A stretch of DNA of 60,000 bases from Lytechinus pictus (lineage: Eukaryota): contig NC_087251.1 in assembly GCF_037042905.1 (NCBI RefSeq), positions 35,714,001 through 35,774,000 of the forward strand, given 5' to 3'. Positions 59,342 through 60,000 of the stretch are shown here, one piece after another (position 1 is the stretch's first letter; the number at the start of each line of letters is the position of its first letter). The notes under the pieces are model-generated. The model searched no databases. It saw only the letters and a program-made list of their open reading frames with translations, and was not told the DNA's origin. The position numbers and the translations under genes are program-made.

Positions 59342-60000
59342 AACAAGGGGAATGCCTCTGGCCGTCTCACCTGCATCACGCGATTCAATATAGCAGCAGT
59401 GCTAATTTTGAAAACTACTATAACTCGCACAAGATGTTCAGTGATACTTGGTTACTCTTATTTCCACGTGTTATGAACTAGACCAATATACTTATAGAGA
59501 TATGATGGCAATTCAACAAATACCCCCAACGTGGCCAAAGTTCTTTGACCTTACATGACCTTTGACCTTGATCATGTGACCTGAAACTCGCACAGGATGT
59601 TCAGTGATACTTGATTAGTCTTATGTCCAAGTTTCAAGAGTCAGATCCATCAACTTTCAAAGTTACGATGGTAATTCAACAGATACCCCCATTATGGCCA
59701 AAGTTCATTGACCTTTGACCTTGGTCATGTGACCTAAAATGTGCACAGGATGTTCAGTGATACTTTATTACTCTTATGTCCAAGTTTTATGAACTAGACC
59801 AACACACTTTCAAATTTATGGCTGTAATTCATCAAATACCCCAATTTTGCCAAAGTTCATTGACCCTAAATGACCTTTGACTTTCATCATGTGACCTGAA
59901 ACTTGCACAGGATGTTCAATAATACTTGATTACTATTATGTCTAAGTTTCATGAATCAGATCCATAAACTTTCAAAGTTATGATGGTAATTCAACAGATA
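59342..60000. mobile_element. Copy-4-specific insertion with ~153-162-bp tandem repeats (TGACCTTTGACC family, probably Helentron-associated); runs off the window
   Basis: Homology to copy 2 stops at GGGATATAATAT(G)AAA. GCACA(A/G)GATGTTCA recurs at ~59427, ~59590, ~59743 and ~59905. Confidence 0.7.

Larger units (their letters stand above)
21859..60000. repeat. Tandem segmental duplication of an ~11-12-kb unit; copies start at 21859, 33434, 44582 and 56876
   Basis: AGTTG(T/C)GTATTTAACTAATTG and many collinear landmarks recur, e.g. at 23664/35749/~49670/58737 and 31226/43378/~55687. Confidence 0.95.

Overview
AT-rich eukaryotic repeat DNA with no intact protein-coding gene, rRNA, tRNA or CRISPR array. 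The repeat families suggest a marine invertebrate, probably a sea urchin (inference only). There are two nested tandem arrays. (1) 1-21850 is a very young array of a ~6.6-kb composite unit (unit starts 1, 8703, 15329, 21272; lengths 8702, 6626, 5943). The unit is built from a TAG...CTA foldback transposon carrying a ~176-bp satellite, two 15-bp minisatellite blocks, a 1.16-kb TIR element and a ~400-bp piece of the second array. (2) 21859-60000 is an older array of an ~11-12-kb unit (copy starts 21859, 33434, 44582, 56876). Each copy has its own insertions, and the empty site is usually visible in a sister copy. These include Helentron-like elements, a hairpin element, hAT MITEs, a TA-flanked MITE, an L1/Tx1 fragment, an I/Nimb LINE interrupted by a Harbinger MITE, a 5.5-kb Ginger-like foldback element and a SINE. 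The most unusual signals are: a SINE-like (B-box plus Deu/Nin-like) sequence occupying the LINE 3' UTR; a 1-kb palindrome with only a TA spacer, formed by two abutting transposon ends; an 8-bp TSD that appears to record an inversion; reciprocal mosaicism among the large copies; and a conserved NF-kB/ETS/Su(H) motif cluster followed by a TATA-like box and phase-compatible candidate micro-exons, which may be a small tandemly amplified transcription unit. All family assignments come from reading the sequence by eye and have not been checked by database search.
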